In this document: positions 36,972 through 46,948 of the stretch, in pieces
Layout of the letters: each line of letters begins with the position of its first letter
Numbering within the stretch: position 1 is the stretch's first letter
From: Leptospiraceae bacterium
Lineage (GTDB): Bacteria > Spirochaetota > Leptospiria > Leptospirales > Leptonemataceae
Length of the DNA stretch: 64,000 bases
Assembly: GCA_040217195.1 (NCBI GenBank)
Contig: JAVJNR010000004.1
Coordinates: 480,001 to 544,000 of the forward strand
Direction: 5' to 3'
Made by a program: the position numbers and the translations under genes
The notes under the pieces: model-generated
The model's input: the letters and a program-made list of their open reading frames with translations, nothing else
What the model was told of the DNA's origin: nothing
Databases searched by the model: none

Positions 36972-37078
36972 GTAAAATCGCTTCAGATTTGATTGGTTAC
37001 TGAAATCAATGCAAGGTGGCCCGGATTCAATCGCTGGTATGGGGCGAATTGAAAAAACAGGCCCAGAGCCTTGCCGAT

Positions 37079-37687
37079 TCAGGTCTTTATGATGCCATTC
37101 AGTACCAGGTCAGTTAACAGGGCCACATCTTCCGGAAACTTAAGGTTTCCTTCCCTGAACCCTACCGCAATGCCGATGGCAATGGCTCGTAGAACAAAGG
37201 CCATCTTCTCTGGTTCCCGACGGCGGAAATCGCCGCTAATAATCCCGGCCTCATAGGCCGCTGCGATGGGCTGCACAGCTCCCTGTCCGGCTTTCTCAAA
37301 ATCTTCTACAATATCAACTCCGGACTCTCTTACTAGCTCGGAACGTTTGGTGATCAGTAAATCGAAATAGGTATGATTGCCGCCATAGAATTCGAAGAAT
37401 GCGATGGCCGCCGCCTTCAATCGATCTACCGGATTGGCTTCCTGCAGGCCACTCAGGGCTCGATCATAGCCTTCGTTGAGCTGCTGTAGCCCGCGGGTGA
37501 GCAAAGCAAGGTAAATCTCCGCTTTGTTCTTGTAATACAGATAAAGTGCAGGCCTGGATAGAGATACGGTGGCTGCAATATCTTCCATCGTGATCTCCTC
37601 ATAACCTTTCTGGGAGATCAATTGGCGGGCAGATTCCAGAATCTCCTGCTTTTTACGGATTCGGCTCTTTCGTTCCTTTACGGCCAT
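37079..37687 (-). CDS. TetR/AcrR family transcriptional regulator
   Basis: ILESARQLISQKGYEEITMEDIA...SRPALYLYYKNK. Confidence 0.93.
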   Translation of the reverse strand: MAVKERKSRIRKKQEILESARQLISQKGYEEITMEDIAATVSLSRPALYLYYKNKAEIYLALLTRGLQQLNEGYDRALSGLQEANPVDRLKAAAIAFFEFYGGNHTYFDLLITKRSELVRESGVDIVEDFEKAGQGAVQPIAAAYEAGIISGDFRRREPEKMAFVLRAIAIGIAVGFREGNLKFPEDVALLTDLVLNGIIKT

Positions 37688-37727
37688 GGCGAGAATTGCA
37701 ATTTAATTACGAACTGCCTGTACAGCA

Positions 37728-37756
37728 AGAAGAAAGCCCTGGCGGAAACCAGGGCT
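37728..37756 (-). terminator. Rho-independent terminator after the YceI gene
   Basis: AGCCCTGG-6 nt-CCAGGGCT hairpin followed by TTCTTCTT on the minus strand. Confidence 0.7.
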
Positions 37757-37789
37757 ATTAGATCCTTCATCAGGACAAACTGTATAACA

Positions 37790-38416
37790 CTACTTACAGT
37801 CTGCGTTCAGGGAGGTCTTAAGCTTTATGTTCACATCCGGCCAGAGTTTGCTTACTTTATCCGGTCCTGTATGAAGGGCCTTGCAAACCTCATTCAGAGC
37901 CGCCAGAGGTCCGGAAGCGTCCCAGTTTCCCACATCCATGGTTCCGGTAAGGACAACACTTCGGCCATCCACAGAAAGCTCCACAGGAACTTCCCTGGAC
38001 TCGCCGTTCATGGAAAGCATGATTGTACCTGTATTCCCATCGATGGACTTCACGGATCCTTCCATTTTCTGGTCTTTCATTTTTCCAAAAAAGTGCTCTT
38101 TGATCTTCGCATCCCGTCCATCGTTTCCGGAATCAACGCTGGCTGTATCGATAGTGAATGTTGCATTTTTGAACACATCTAGCTGGCTGGATGCATTTTC
38201 AGTTCCCTGAATCTGGAAAGTATTGAATCCTCCGTCCACGCCAGCCTTTTCTGTAAATTTGTAAGCTGTCCAATGAACAGATGTGTTTTCAGCGTTGTAG
38301 GTAAAAGTGCAATCGTCGGTAAGCGGACCGCTCTGGTCATCCTGCTCGGGTGAGCAGTAGCTCAACATCCCTGCTGAAAGAAGCAAAGCTATACCCGAAA
38401 TAATGGTTCGTTTCAT
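37790..38416 (-). CDS. YceI-family lipid/polyisoprenoid-binding lipoprotein
   Basis: Lipobox SYC; WTAYK, IDTASVDSGNDGRDAKI. Confidence 0.85.
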   Translation of the reverse strand: MKRTIISGIALLLSAGMLSYCSPEQDDQSGPLTDDCTFTYNAENTSVHWTAYKFTEKAGVDGGFNTFQIQGTENASSQLDVFKNATFTIDTASVDSGNDGRDAKIKEHFFGKMKDQKMEGSVKSIDGNTGTIMLSMNGESREVPVELSVDGRSVVLTGTMDVGNWDASGPLAALNEVCKALHTGPDKVSKLWPDVNIKLKTSLNADCK

Positions 38417-38438
38417 ATAATCCTCCAGATCAATTTTT

Positions 38439-38894
38439 CTATAATGAGTCAGCTACCTTTTCCTGACATTCTTCGCAGTATCCGTAGACCTCGAAAATGT
38501 GCGTCACTGGCTTAAAGTGGGCCTTATCCATCTGCTGCTTAAAGGCTCCGGAAACATCGCAGTGCTCCAGACAGAAGCTCTTATTGCAAGAAAGGCATAT
38601 TGCATGATGGTGATGATGCCTTCCCTGAAACTCGAACCGAGCAGATTCCCGGCTCTGGAGATTGATCTGGCCCACCAGCCCGGCCTCCGTAAGAGTGGAA
38701 AGGTTTCGGTACACAGTATCCAGGCTCACATGGGGATGCCTTTCTTTAATGGCAGCATGTATCTCCTGAACAGTAAGAGGACCTTCGCTTTCAATCACAG
38801 TTTCCAGGATTTCGATCCTCTGCGGAGTTAGCTTGTAGCCCAGATCTTTGATCTTCTGTAGCGAAAAGGCCAGTTGTGTTTGATGAGCGCTCAT
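38439..38894 (-). CDS. zur: Fur-family regulator, probably Zur
   Basis: TPQR, SLDTVYRNL, HHHHHAICLSC and CEEC; immediately downstream of znuB. Confidence 0.8.
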   Translation of the reverse strand: MSAHQTQLAFSLQKIKDLGYKLTPQRIEILETVIESEGPLTVQEIHAAIKERHPHVSLDTVYRNLSTLTEAGLVGQINLQSRESARFEFQGRHHHHHAICLSCNKSFCLEHCDVSGAFKQQMDKAHFKPVTHIFEVYGYCEECQEKVADSL

Positions 38895-38971
38895 CCTAAT
38901 ATGAAGAATTTACAAAGTTTCCAGGCTGACAATGGTTTTTTCCGTGAAGTTCCTGCAATAAGGTCCGCCGC

Positions 38972-39841
38972 TTACTGCGTGGATGAGCCTTCCAGGCGCC
39001 ATAGTCGCCAGAGAAAGGAAAAAAGGGCACAAAGACCAATGAAGAATACAGCCACATGAGTCATGGGAAGATCTAGATAGGAAGCGAAATAGAAACCTGC
39101 TACAGATGATAGCAAAGCCAGAGCCGGGCTAATTAAAAGCAATTGTACAGGACTTCGACTGATTTCTCTGGCTGCCATGGCCGGTAGAACCAGATATCCA
39201 AAAGTAAATACCAGGCCTGCAATTCTCAGGGACAATCCAATAACCAAACCCACCCAGAGCAAAGATAGAAGTTCAATGCGAAAGGCGCGGATCCGCAGGG
39301 ATCGCGCAAAGTCCGGGTCCAGGATGGACAGGAAGATTTTATGGCGAAACATTAGCAACAGAAAGATGGTCAATGCCAGCAGGGCCCCGAAAAGCAGTAT
39401 TTCCCGATTCTGGGATCCCAGCAATCCGGCAGAAAGGATTTGTTCCACTTCGGTCAGTCCGAACGGCGCGCGAGAAACGATTAGAATGGACAGTGCACTG
39501 CTCACCAGAAAAACCCATCCATTGACAGACTCCAGGGTCAGTCGCAGTCCCATTCGCCCGGCCAGAAGTGGAGCCAGAATCGATGCACCCGCTGCGAATA
39601 TTGCAGCACCGGCTTCCAGAATCCAGAAAAAAGGCGGGTCCTCTCGAACCAGGGAAAGTCCGGCTGCAATCCACAGGGCCACGGCCACGCCCACGGTTGA
39701 AGCCTGAGCCACTGATGCACCCAGAAAAATCTGGTCCCGCAGTACAACTACAATGCCACAAAGAGCCAGCAACATTGCTACCAGCCATCCTGTTGTGTAG
39801 GTCTGCCAGAACAGATCCCAGGTTTGAAAAAAGGCATCCAT
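38972..39841 (-). CDS. znuB: Zn/Mn ABC transporter permease
   Basis: ABC-3 family pattern (DPDFARSL, GLVFTFGYLVLPAMAA); operon context. Confidence 0.85.
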   Translation of the reverse strand: MDAFFQTWDLFWQTYTTGWLVAMLLALCGIVVVLRDQIFLGASVAQASTVGVAVALWIAAGLSLVREDPPFFWILEAGAAIFAAGASILAPLLAGRMGLRLTLESVNGWVFLVSSALSILIVSRAPFGLTEVEQILSAGLLGSQNREILLFGALLALTIFLLLMFRHKIFLSILDPDFARSLRIRAFRIELLSLLWVGLVIGLSLRIAGLVFTFGYLVLPAMAAREISRSPVQLLLISPALALLSSVAGFYFASYLDLPMTHVAVFFIGLCALFSFLWRLWRLEGSSTQ

Positions 39842-40566
39842 TATCGCATTTCCTTTTCCGGGTTAAAGAATCCATTTCTAAATTCCAATCTTCCCAGTCC
39901 TGATAAGGATTCCAGATAATGATCTTCGTGACTTACAATCAGTATTGTCTTGCCTTCCTCTTTGTTTAATCTGTCCAGCTCTTCATAAAAGCGCGAAGCG
40001 GAGGCACGATCCAGACCGCTGGATGGTTCGTCCACAAGCAACAGCTGAGGCTCCACCAACAGAGTGCGCGCAAGGATGGCTCGCCGTTGCTGTCCACCGG
40101 ACAGATTCCAGAAATTTACCTTTAGAATATCTTCAAGACCCAGACGCTCAACGATCGCTGTCTCTCTGGACGGCTTATCCTGGAATTGATTTTGATTATG
40201 GCCGGACTTGTTTCGTCGCAGGAAGCCAGCCCAATCCATCCGAAAGGATTTGCGAGAAGAGTGCAGTGCATCTCGCCCCATGGATATAAAATCCTGTACC
40301 CTGAGATTTACAGATGGATGGATGCCCACGGATTGAGGAATGTACCCGATACCCGGATTGGATTTCCAGGCTAGTTCCCCATCCACAGCTGAAATAAGGC
40401 CAAGGATTGTCTTGAGTAACGTTGACTTTCCGCATCCATTAGGACCATGGATAACCCAGAATTCTCCGGACCTCAAAACCCAATCTATTGAAGCTACAGG
40501 CTTTCCGTAACCTATGCGAAGGTCATGGAGCTCCAGAATTACATCTTTCCCGGCGATTTCTGTCAA
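39841..40566 (-). CDS. znuC: Zn/Mn ABC transporter ATPase
   Basis: GPNGCGKST, GYIPQ, LSGGQ, LLLVDEP, VSH. Confidence 0.9.
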   Translation of the reverse strand: MTEIAGKDVILELHDLRIGYGKPVASIDWVLRSGEFWVIHGPNGCGKSTLLKTILGLISAVDGELAWKSNPGIGYIPQSVGIHPSVNLRVQDFISMGRDALHSSRKSFRMDWAGFLRRNKSGHNQNQFQDKPSRETAIVERLGLEDILKVNFWNLSGGQQRRAILARTLLVEPQLLLVDEPSSGLDRASASRFYEELDRLNKEEGKTILIVSHEDHYLESLSGLGRLEFRNGFFNPEKEMR

Positions 40567-41708
40567 TTGGCTCCGCCGAAAACCAGAGTGTTTACATTGT
40601 AGTCCACAAAATCCAGATAGCGACTGGTTCCGGGTCGGGAATCCCCCTGATTGGCCATGGGTAGGATGCTGGCTCCGGTCTTCTCTGCCAGAAAGGATGC
40701 ATACCTGGGATTATAATAAGCTGCAGATAAGATATAAGAAGCTCCTGTACTCTTCATTCGCTGCGCCAGTTGGGATAGATGATTTGTGGTAGGATCCACA
40801 CCCGCAATGGATTCCATATAACCAATAATTTCAAGTCCAAACACATTGGCCAGATAACTCCAGGTAGCCTGATGATCTCCCACGAATTTTCTGGATTGCA
40901 CAGCATGGATACGAGCCAACCAGCCTCCCAGATCTGCTTCCTGTCCGTTCTTCTTCAAGAAATTAATGAAGCCCGAATAGCCGGATTTGTGCAATAGTAG
41001 CGCCAGGCGATCCAGTTTTCCCCTGTACTGCTCGGTGAGCCTGGTCCCAAATAATCTGGTACACAATTCCTTTTCGAAGACTCGGTACTTTGCATCATAG
41101 TAGGATGCGTAAGCTGGATCGATCTGCTTGAATCTATCCCGAATCAGTCCGGCCACCAGCAGGCCAGCCGATGGATCGGATAAGTAATGAGGGCTGCCGC
41201 TGGGATGTACGTCTCCCATGCTGCGATCCACCTGTCCTGTGGGTCGGTCGCGAGGGACAATAACCCGGGATGCATCTATGAAACCTGGCGCACCATAGTT
41301 TATCTTGGGATTTCTGGCCTGCTTCAAAAGAACAGGAGCCCAACCCAGTTCCAATTCCATGCCCACCTGGATAAAAACGTCCGCTTGATTCAAGTCTCGA
41401 ATGAAGCTGGGCCTGGGATCTACGAAATGAGGGTCCTGAGTACCGCGAGCCAGGGATTGAACCTGTATGCGATTTCCTCCCACTTCTTTTGCAAGCATGG
41501 CTAATTCGGGCACCGTTGTTTGAACTTTCAGTAGTCCATCCGCCAAAGCCGGAGTAGCAAAAATCAATGCAATGGCCAGGATGCACCTGCGAAAAAGAAA
41601 TCCAAACTTTCTGTTCGGTTCGTCTACAGTCCTGACTGAAACCCTATTTCGCAAGGAGCTGGTGCCAGTACCGAAAAAGCCTGATCTGTATTGCTGATTT
41701 ATTTCCAT
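40563..41708 (-). CDS. znuA: Zn/Mn ABC transporter substrate-binding protein
   Basis: QDPHFVDPRPS, GMELELGW, GDVHPSGSPHY, HQATWSY. Confidence 0.88.
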   Translation of the reverse strand: MEINQQYRSGFFGTGTSSLRNRVSVRTVDEPNRKFGFLFRRCILAIALIFATPALADGLLKVQTTVPELAMLAKEVGGNRIQVQSLARGTQDPHFVDPRPSFIRDLNQADVFIQVGMELELGWAPVLLKQARNPKINYGAPGFIDASRVIVPRDRPTGQVDRSMGDVHPSGSPHYLSDPSAGLLVAGLIRDRFKQIDPAYASYYDAKYRVFEKELCTRLFGTRLTEQYRGKLDRLALLLHKSGYSGFINFLKKNGQEADLGGWLARIHAVQSRKFVGDHQATWSYLANVFGLEIIGYMESIAGVDPTTNHLSQLAQRMKSTGASYILSAAYYNPRYASFLAEKTGASILPMANQGDSRPGTSRYLDFVDYNVNTLVFGGAN

Positions 41709-41810
41709 GGTTCTTCTCCTGAGCTTTTAAATCCTGTGTCTGCTGACCTGCGAATGAGAACTCCAGAGCTCACTCCTATCCTTACTTACCTTTTGCCGTT
41801 TTCTATTTAA

Positions 41811-43583
41811 TTAAAATTTATGAGCTGGATGATGCCCGATCAAAAACTCGGCCCCGAGCCAAACCGACCAGGCCGCTCTACCTTTATCCTGCAGAATAAA
41901 CTCCACCGGATAATTCGGTAGAGAACTGTTTAATTCATTGAGAGAAATCTGCAATACCTTCCTGTCCCGAAGATGATCCGCCCATTCCTGATTAAACTGT
42001 AAGCGAAATCGAGTGTACTCGGTGGGCTGGTACACCAGAAGCGGGGAAACTCGAACGCGAGTATCTCTGTAAGGATCCCTGTCTCGTCCGTATAGGTCTT
42101 TGCCTTCCAGCCAATCGCCGCCATCCACGCGACTTTCGCCGGAACCACTGGCAAATTCGTATCGAAGTCCAACAGACCAGGTCCGCTCAAAGCCAAAGAG
42201 CAACTGCGAGTAGTATCCCCAGTCATGAAGGGTTTCTTCTGGATTGCCAATTCGGATCATTGCTTCCAGGGCCTGCCTGGACTCCTCTTCTGAAAGAGTC
42301 GAAAAATCCCGATTGCCGATGAGCACTTCAATGGCCAGACCAAAGTTCCCTTGATCCGTAGAAAGTATACTATCGTTGGCCAGGTTCGCCAGATTTGTAG
42401 ACGTGAATACTTCGCGCTCATCATAGGGCTCAAAAAACTCTCCACCCAGAAGAGCATAGGTGTTGGCCAGTCTGCCATTGTCCGGTTTTTTCTGAACGCG
42501 ATATTCCCTTCGCATGAATTCCGTTTGCCAGACTACGTATGGAATGCCCCGATTCTTAAGTGATTTCCATTTAACGTAGAAATCCGCCCCGTAAATCAAG
42601 GTATGCCCATCCGGGCCTGTAGCATTGGGTCCGGCCATTCCGGAAAGTCCAAGACGAGCTGTAATTGTATCTGTCAGATTTACAGAGTTTACCCAGCGCA
42701 GAAGATAGGCCAGTTCCGAGGAGCTATGCGCTTGTCGGGAAATTGTATCATAGCCACCGATGGGCATTTCCTCATCGCCTCCGTGAACATGGCCGCCTTC
42801 TTCACTGGCTCCCAGGAAACTCTTCATGAACTCCCCATCTGCATTCTGAGCACCAAAATGCAGTTCCGAAAACCAGGATACAGGAAGCAACCAGGCAAGA
42901 CGCAGTCCTGGACCATTCAAGCCATGCTCGCCCATGATCCTTGAATGGATGGCCGGCGCATCCATAAAAGCCCAGCTATGAGGGTGCTGCGGATTGAGAA
43001 TTCCAAATTCAGTGTAGAACTGTCCGGCCTCCAGCTGAAGGCCGTAAGGCAACGCCTGGGAGGTTATAAAAGCTTCTTCCAGTTCTGCGCCATGGGAAAG
43101 GTTAACATGGGCTTCTGCAGAGAAGTAAGGATCCACAGCGGCCGAGAAAGATAGCTCAAGACTGGTAACGGAAAATCCTCGCCTGGAGGGATCATGCAAT
43201 CCGCTTTGCAGCGTGGCAAGAGAATCATTTTCCAGATTGGAGGCCCCCAGAGCAAAGTCTCCGATCAAAGATATGTCAATGTAGCGCACATCTGGAGGTC
43301 CAGAAAATAGACTGGCCGGTGCATCGCTTTTGGCCGGCAGTGCCTCGTCTCGGGAATCTCCGGAAAGATCCGTCGGAGAGGTCTCCTCCAGCGCTTCTTC
43401 CAGGGATTGGCCCTCCTCCTCAGCTATGAGGTTTCCTGGAGCAATAAGCAGGGCCAGTATGAGCATGAAGCTCAACAATGCACTGCAAAGTCTGCCTCTG
43501 ATAGTCCAGGCGCTCCTACAGTTACCATTTTCCATGAATTCTGAGCATCGATTGAATATACATTTATAGAAGAACGTATGCAT
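41811..43583 (-). CDS. Outer-membrane beta-barrel linked to the zinc ABC operon
   Basis: ELSFSAAVDPYF, LEEAF, NPQHPHSW, His/acidic loop, C-terminal IGHHPAHKF. Confidence 0.75.
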   Translation of the reverse strand: MHTFFYKCIFNRCSEFMENGNCRSAWTIRGRLCSALLSFMLILALLIAPGNLIAEEEGQSLEEALEETSPTDLSGDSRDEALPAKSDAPASLFSGPPDVRYIDISLIGDFALGASNLENDSLATLQSGLHDPSRRGFSVTSLELSFSAAVDPYFSAEAHVNLSHGAELEEAFITSQALPYGLQLEAGQFYTEFGILNPQHPHSWAFMDAPAIHSRIMGEHGLNGPGLRLAWLLPVSWFSELHFGAQNADGEFMKSFLGASEEGGHVHGGDEEMPIGGYDTISRQAHSSSELAYLLRWVNSVNLTDTITARLGLSGMAGPNATGPDGHTLIYGADFYVKWKSLKNRGIPYVVWQTEFMRREYRVQKKPDNGRLANTYALLGGEFFEPYDEREVFTSTNLANLANDSILSTDQGNFGLAIEVLIGNRDFSTLSEEESRQALEAMIRIGNPEETLHDWGYYSQLLFGFERTWSVGLRYEFASGSGESRVDGGDWLEGKDLYGRDRDPYRDTRVRVSPLLVYQPTEYTRFRLQFNQEWADHLRDRKVLQISLNELNSSLPNYPVEFILQDKGRAAWSVWLGAEFLIGHHPAHKF

Positions 43584-43617
43584 TCCGGGTAAACCCTCCG
43601 GGCCGGGGCCAGGCTGT

Positions 43618-43669
43618 AAATAAGAAATTTCCTATTTTGAGTTGACACCAGTTAGGAATCTTCCTATTT
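43618..43669. promoter_or_regulatory. Two palindromic operators (AAATAGGAA-NN-TTCCTATTT consensus) flanking a TTGACA -35 box; candidate Zur boxes
   Basis: AAATAAGAA-AT-TTCCTATTT (43618-43637) and AGTTAGGAA-TC-TTCCTATTT (43650-43669); TTGACA at 43642-43647. Confidence 0.7.
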
Positions 43670-43732
43670 GCGGGCAAGCCTTTTTATCAAAGGCCGTGCA
43701 ACAAGAATTCAAAAACCAAAAGAGAGGAATCG

Positions 43733-44377
43733 ATGAAGAAACTATTAATACTTGTTTCGGGCCTTTCTGTGGCGCTGGCCCAGTGCACACAGGACACAGA
43801 AAATAACACTGCCCTGGCCCTGGCGGCCCTATCCCTGGCCGCGCCAAACTGCACCGTAAATGGGACTCAGTTCTATGCAGACGGAGAGGTAGATTGTTCC
43901 AGCGGGACTTCAGCAGTGGCTACCGGGACAGTATTTCTGGCGGCGGCCCAGAGCCATGGAGATGTACTATCTGTTGAACTAACAATAGATGTAGGAGCTT
44001 CCAGCGGCGATAAAGTGGTCATTCGAGGCCATGGCAGTGGAAGAAATGCAACCAGCGCTGCCTTTTTACAGATAGACACAGATACAAACACCGATGCCGG
44101 CGGAGCAGACAATTCCGCCGGAAGCACAACCGGGGTGGCTCAGAACGGAGATGGCACCTATTGTGTAGAATTCCATAGCGAAGCAGAGGTCCATACCATA
44201 TACGAGAAGTCTGCCTGTGCTACCAAAGCCACCACATCGGCGCATTGGGACTCAGAAGGTAACAATGGAAACTCGGTAACTACCGGTGCACCTGCAGGGA
44301 GTAACTGGGGAATCACCCTTGTCAATTCCAGCATAAGCGGCTTAACGGTGAACTCGGACGAAATCTTTACGGACTGA
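43733..44377 (+). CDS. Lipoprotein of unknown function, beta-rich and rich in Gly/Thr/Ser/Asp
   Basis: GAGG Shine-Dalgarno, MKK signal, lipobox LAQC, four further Cys. Confidence 0.8.
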   Translation: MKKLLILVSGLSVALAQCTQDTENNTALALAALSLAAPNCTVNGTQFYADGEVDCSSGTSAVATGTVFLAAAQSHGDVLSVELTIDVGASSGDKVVIRGHGSGRNATSAAFLQIDTDTNTDAGGADNSAGSTTGVAQNGDGTYCVEFHSEAEVHTIYEKSACATKATTSAHWDSEGNNGNSVTTGAPAGSNWGITLVNSSISGLTVNSDEIFTD

Positions 44378-44398
44378 CTTTCTTCCGTCTCAGGAAAT

Positions 44399-44428
44399 GC
44401 GGGTCTTCGGACCCGCCTGCTTCTTTTG
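44399..44428 (+). terminator. Probable terminator hairpin
   Basis: GCGGGTC-TTCG-GACCCGC followed by CTGCTTCTTTT. Confidence 0.65.
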
Positions 44429-44514
44429 CAGTGCAGCATACAGCAGAAAAACTATGACTGTCTGTCAGTGTTTTCGCTTTACAAAGCTCCCACCGAGATC
44501 CAGTTTCGCGGTTA

Positions 44515-45165
44515 ATGATCCGGATCATATACTTTGTAGCTCTTGCATTCTTTAGCATCCTGTATGTTGTACTTTCGCCTGCTTCTCCTTTTCCAGGAAG
44601 TATGTTCTTAAAGACACTGCCTATCTGGATGGTGGCCGCACATGTATTTCTCACTCTAAAAGACCGAAAAGGCCGACTGCTCTTTCTGGGAGTGTTGCTG
44701 GGATCGGCCGGGGATATGGCTCTGGCTACCCAGTATTCTCAGAGTTTTATTATTGGTCTGGGATTCTTCTTGATTGGACATATCTTCTATATATCCAGCT
44801 TTGCTCATCAATGGGAGTTCCAACCCTGGAAGATCATTCCTGCGGCCTTCGTTATGGCTCTCTCCATTGGACTGAGCATTGCACTGACTCCCCATTTGAA
44901 CGGACTCACCATTCCGGTGTACGCATACGTCTTTGTAATTACTTTGATGGTCATATTTGCAATTTTTCGCAATCCTCCCAGCCCGGCCGTCTGGATTGGA
45001 GGCGTCCTATTCCTGCTATCCGATGCAATTATTGCGGTGAAGGAATTCATGAAACTGGATGTACCTCATGAATCGATTCTAATTATGGCCAGCTACTATA
45101 TGGCTCAAATACTGATTGGAGAAGGAAGTATCCAGGACAGCCGTCAGGAAGCTAAAGGCAGGTAA
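44515..45165 (+). CDS. YhhN/TMEM86 family lysoplasmalogenase
   Basis: KTLP, GDMALA, FFLIGHIFY, FLLSDAII, YYMAQ. Confidence 0.9.
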   Translation: MIRIIYFVALAFFSILYVVLSPASPFPGSMFLKTLPIWMVAAHVFLTLKDRKGRLLFLGVLLGSAGDMALATQYSQSFIIGLGFFLIGHIFYISSFAHQWEFQPWKIIPAAFVMALSIGLSIALTPHLNGLTIPVYAYVFVITLMVIFAIFRNPPSPAVWIGGVLFLLSDAIIAVKEFMKLDVPHESILIMASYYMAQILIGEGSIQDSRQEAKGR

Positions 45166-45297
45166 TTCCGTTACCCGGTAAGGACCTGGTAAGCCCGGCT
45201 TAGATAGTCAGATGGAAAGCCCGGCAGAGAAATACAGCTTCCTGGTAGCTTTTTAAGGTACAGGACAGTATAAGACGGCCGTTCAAGACTCCGATTT

Positions 45298-45834
45298 TTA
45301 CGGTTTCTTTAGCTCCACGGGACCTTCCCCATCCAGTTCTATTAGATCTTTCTGGCCTGAATGGGTCCAATAAAGCTGAGCCGTACGTACCCTGGGGAAA
45401 AATTCACTATAGCCCAGGGTTACGGATCCAGGCAAAGATTTGCAGAAAGCAAAGTACTCTACATGGATCTGCTTTCCTTCCTTTCCTTCAATGGGTTCCC
45501 GCCGGATTTCTTCCACACTTAACTCGCATCCATGCTCAGCGGGAAATTGAAGCATTTCTGAGGCCTTATCCATTAATATCTTATCCAGTTCTTCAGCAGA
45601 GGTAGGGCCTTCCTGCTTGTCCTGCTCGGCGCTACCCATAAGATCACTTTCGTAGGCAATCCATTCTAGAGCAGCCTCCGGACCATTCTGGGGAACATAG
45701 ATGAGCCTGGCTTTGCCCTGGACCACTTTTTCAGGATCGGTCTTTTCAGTGCAGCCAACCAGGAAAAGGGCCACAAGGATTAAACAAAGCCTGGACAGGA
45801 CAGAAATTCTGGAGAGGATGGGGAGTGCTAACAT
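45298..45834 (-). CDS. Lipoprotein with ZrgA/DUF2796-like fold
   Basis: Lipobox VGC; SDLMG, FPAEHGCEL, IHVEYFAFC, FFP, SGQ pattern. Start moved to ATG 45834. Confidence 0.55.
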   Translation of the reverse strand: MLALPILSRISVLSRLCLILVALFLVGCTEKTDPEKVVQGKARLIYVPQNGPEAALEWIAYESDLMGSAEQDKQEGPTSAEELDKILMDKASEMLQFPAEHGCELSVEEIRREPIEGKEGKQIHVEYFAFCKSLPGSVTLGYSEFFPRVRTAQLYWTHSGQKDLIELDGEGPVELKKP

Positions 45835-46014
45835 GGATGGCTTCAAGGAAATCTGCAGGCCAGCAGATTCGCAATGAAAAAAGCTTTTCTTTGAGGAAAT
45901 CCAGAAGTGAGATGTGGACTGACTGCCGGGAATGGTCCGTTCTGGAAAGACCATTCCTGAGTCAAACCCAGGAAGACGTGTAAAACGAAACGCAACAAAT
46001 AAGAAAGTAAAACC

Positions 46015-46872
46015 ATGAAAAAAGATTATCACATTGAATTTTCTATAAGCGACATACCCAGCCTGCCCACCGGATGCATTATTCGGCGGATGGGAAACGG
46101 AAAGGATCAACAGGGTAGATTCATTAAACCTTCAGACGATGGACAGGCGATGGTAGTGGTAGATGTAATCGATCCTACCAACCATGAATTTCTCACAGAA
46201 GGGGGGATCATCCGGCCAGAGGAAGGGGATGCACTTTACAGACATGAACATAACTTCGAGGATAGTGAAAAGGCAGAAGCCGCTCTACAGATCCTTAAAG
46301 CCTGGCCTCTTTTTCGCGATGAGGAAAAATTGCAGCCTGCCATCCTAGAATTCGTAAAAAATGCATTCAGTCCGGAAGAAATCGTAGGATTGAAGAAGGA
46401 CGACAATCTAAAGCCATTGTTTGTCACCATTCAGCATAAGTTCCAGATTGGACGTCACACTCCAAAAGTGGACTGGGAGAAAGTAAGATGGCAACAATTC
46501 CAGGATGGCCTGGATGGATTGTATGATGGAAAGCATTTAACCTATGTAGCCTTTATTCCATCGGACCAAAACCATGATCCCAAATTCTTCAGCATAGGAA
46601 CCAAACCTCACGTTGAAACGGTTAAACAATTGGAGCGAGAGGAGTTTTACTTTAAGCCCACAAATGGGGGGCATATTAAAGTAATCAGCGCTACAAATGA
46701 AACCCCCAAGCGATTTCTGGTGGATGCTGGATCCAATGAGTACGGAGCAGGGGTTAAATCCTCAATCTCCACAGCAGAGTTGATCTGCGACATGCTGGAC
46801 AAAGAACATCCAGGAGCGGAATACAACCCAGTTAAAGGACGGGATGCCTACGGAGTTCAGCAAAGCTTCTAA
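46015..46872 (+). CDS. Hypothetical cytoplasmic protein
   Basis: 285 aa ORF with normal composition; no family recognised. Confidence 0.75.
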   Translation: MKKDYHIEFSISDIPSLPTGCIIRRMGNGKDQQGRFIKPSDDGQAMVVVDVIDPTNHEFLTEGGIIRPEEGDALYRHEHNFEDSEKAEAALQILKAWPLFRDEEKLQPAILEFVKNAFSPEEIVGLKKDDNLKPLFVTIQHKFQIGRHTPKVDWEKVRWQQFQDGLDGLYDGKHLTYVAFIPSDQNHDPKFFSIGTKPHVETVKQLEREEFYFKPTNGGHIKVISATNETPKRFLVDAGSNEYGAGVKSSISTAELICDMLDKEHPGAEYNPVKGRDAYGVQQSF

Positions 46873-46948
46873 GCCCTGCAACGCCTGGAGTGCCATACAG
46901 GCCCACTTGCTTAAATGCAGGGGCCTGTAGTTGCGGTGTTAAGAGCTT

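Noticed and set aside
45835..46014. Zur-type operator upstream of the ZrgA-like gene
   Set aside because: Only a half-site (AAATAAGAA) is present, with no palindrome.
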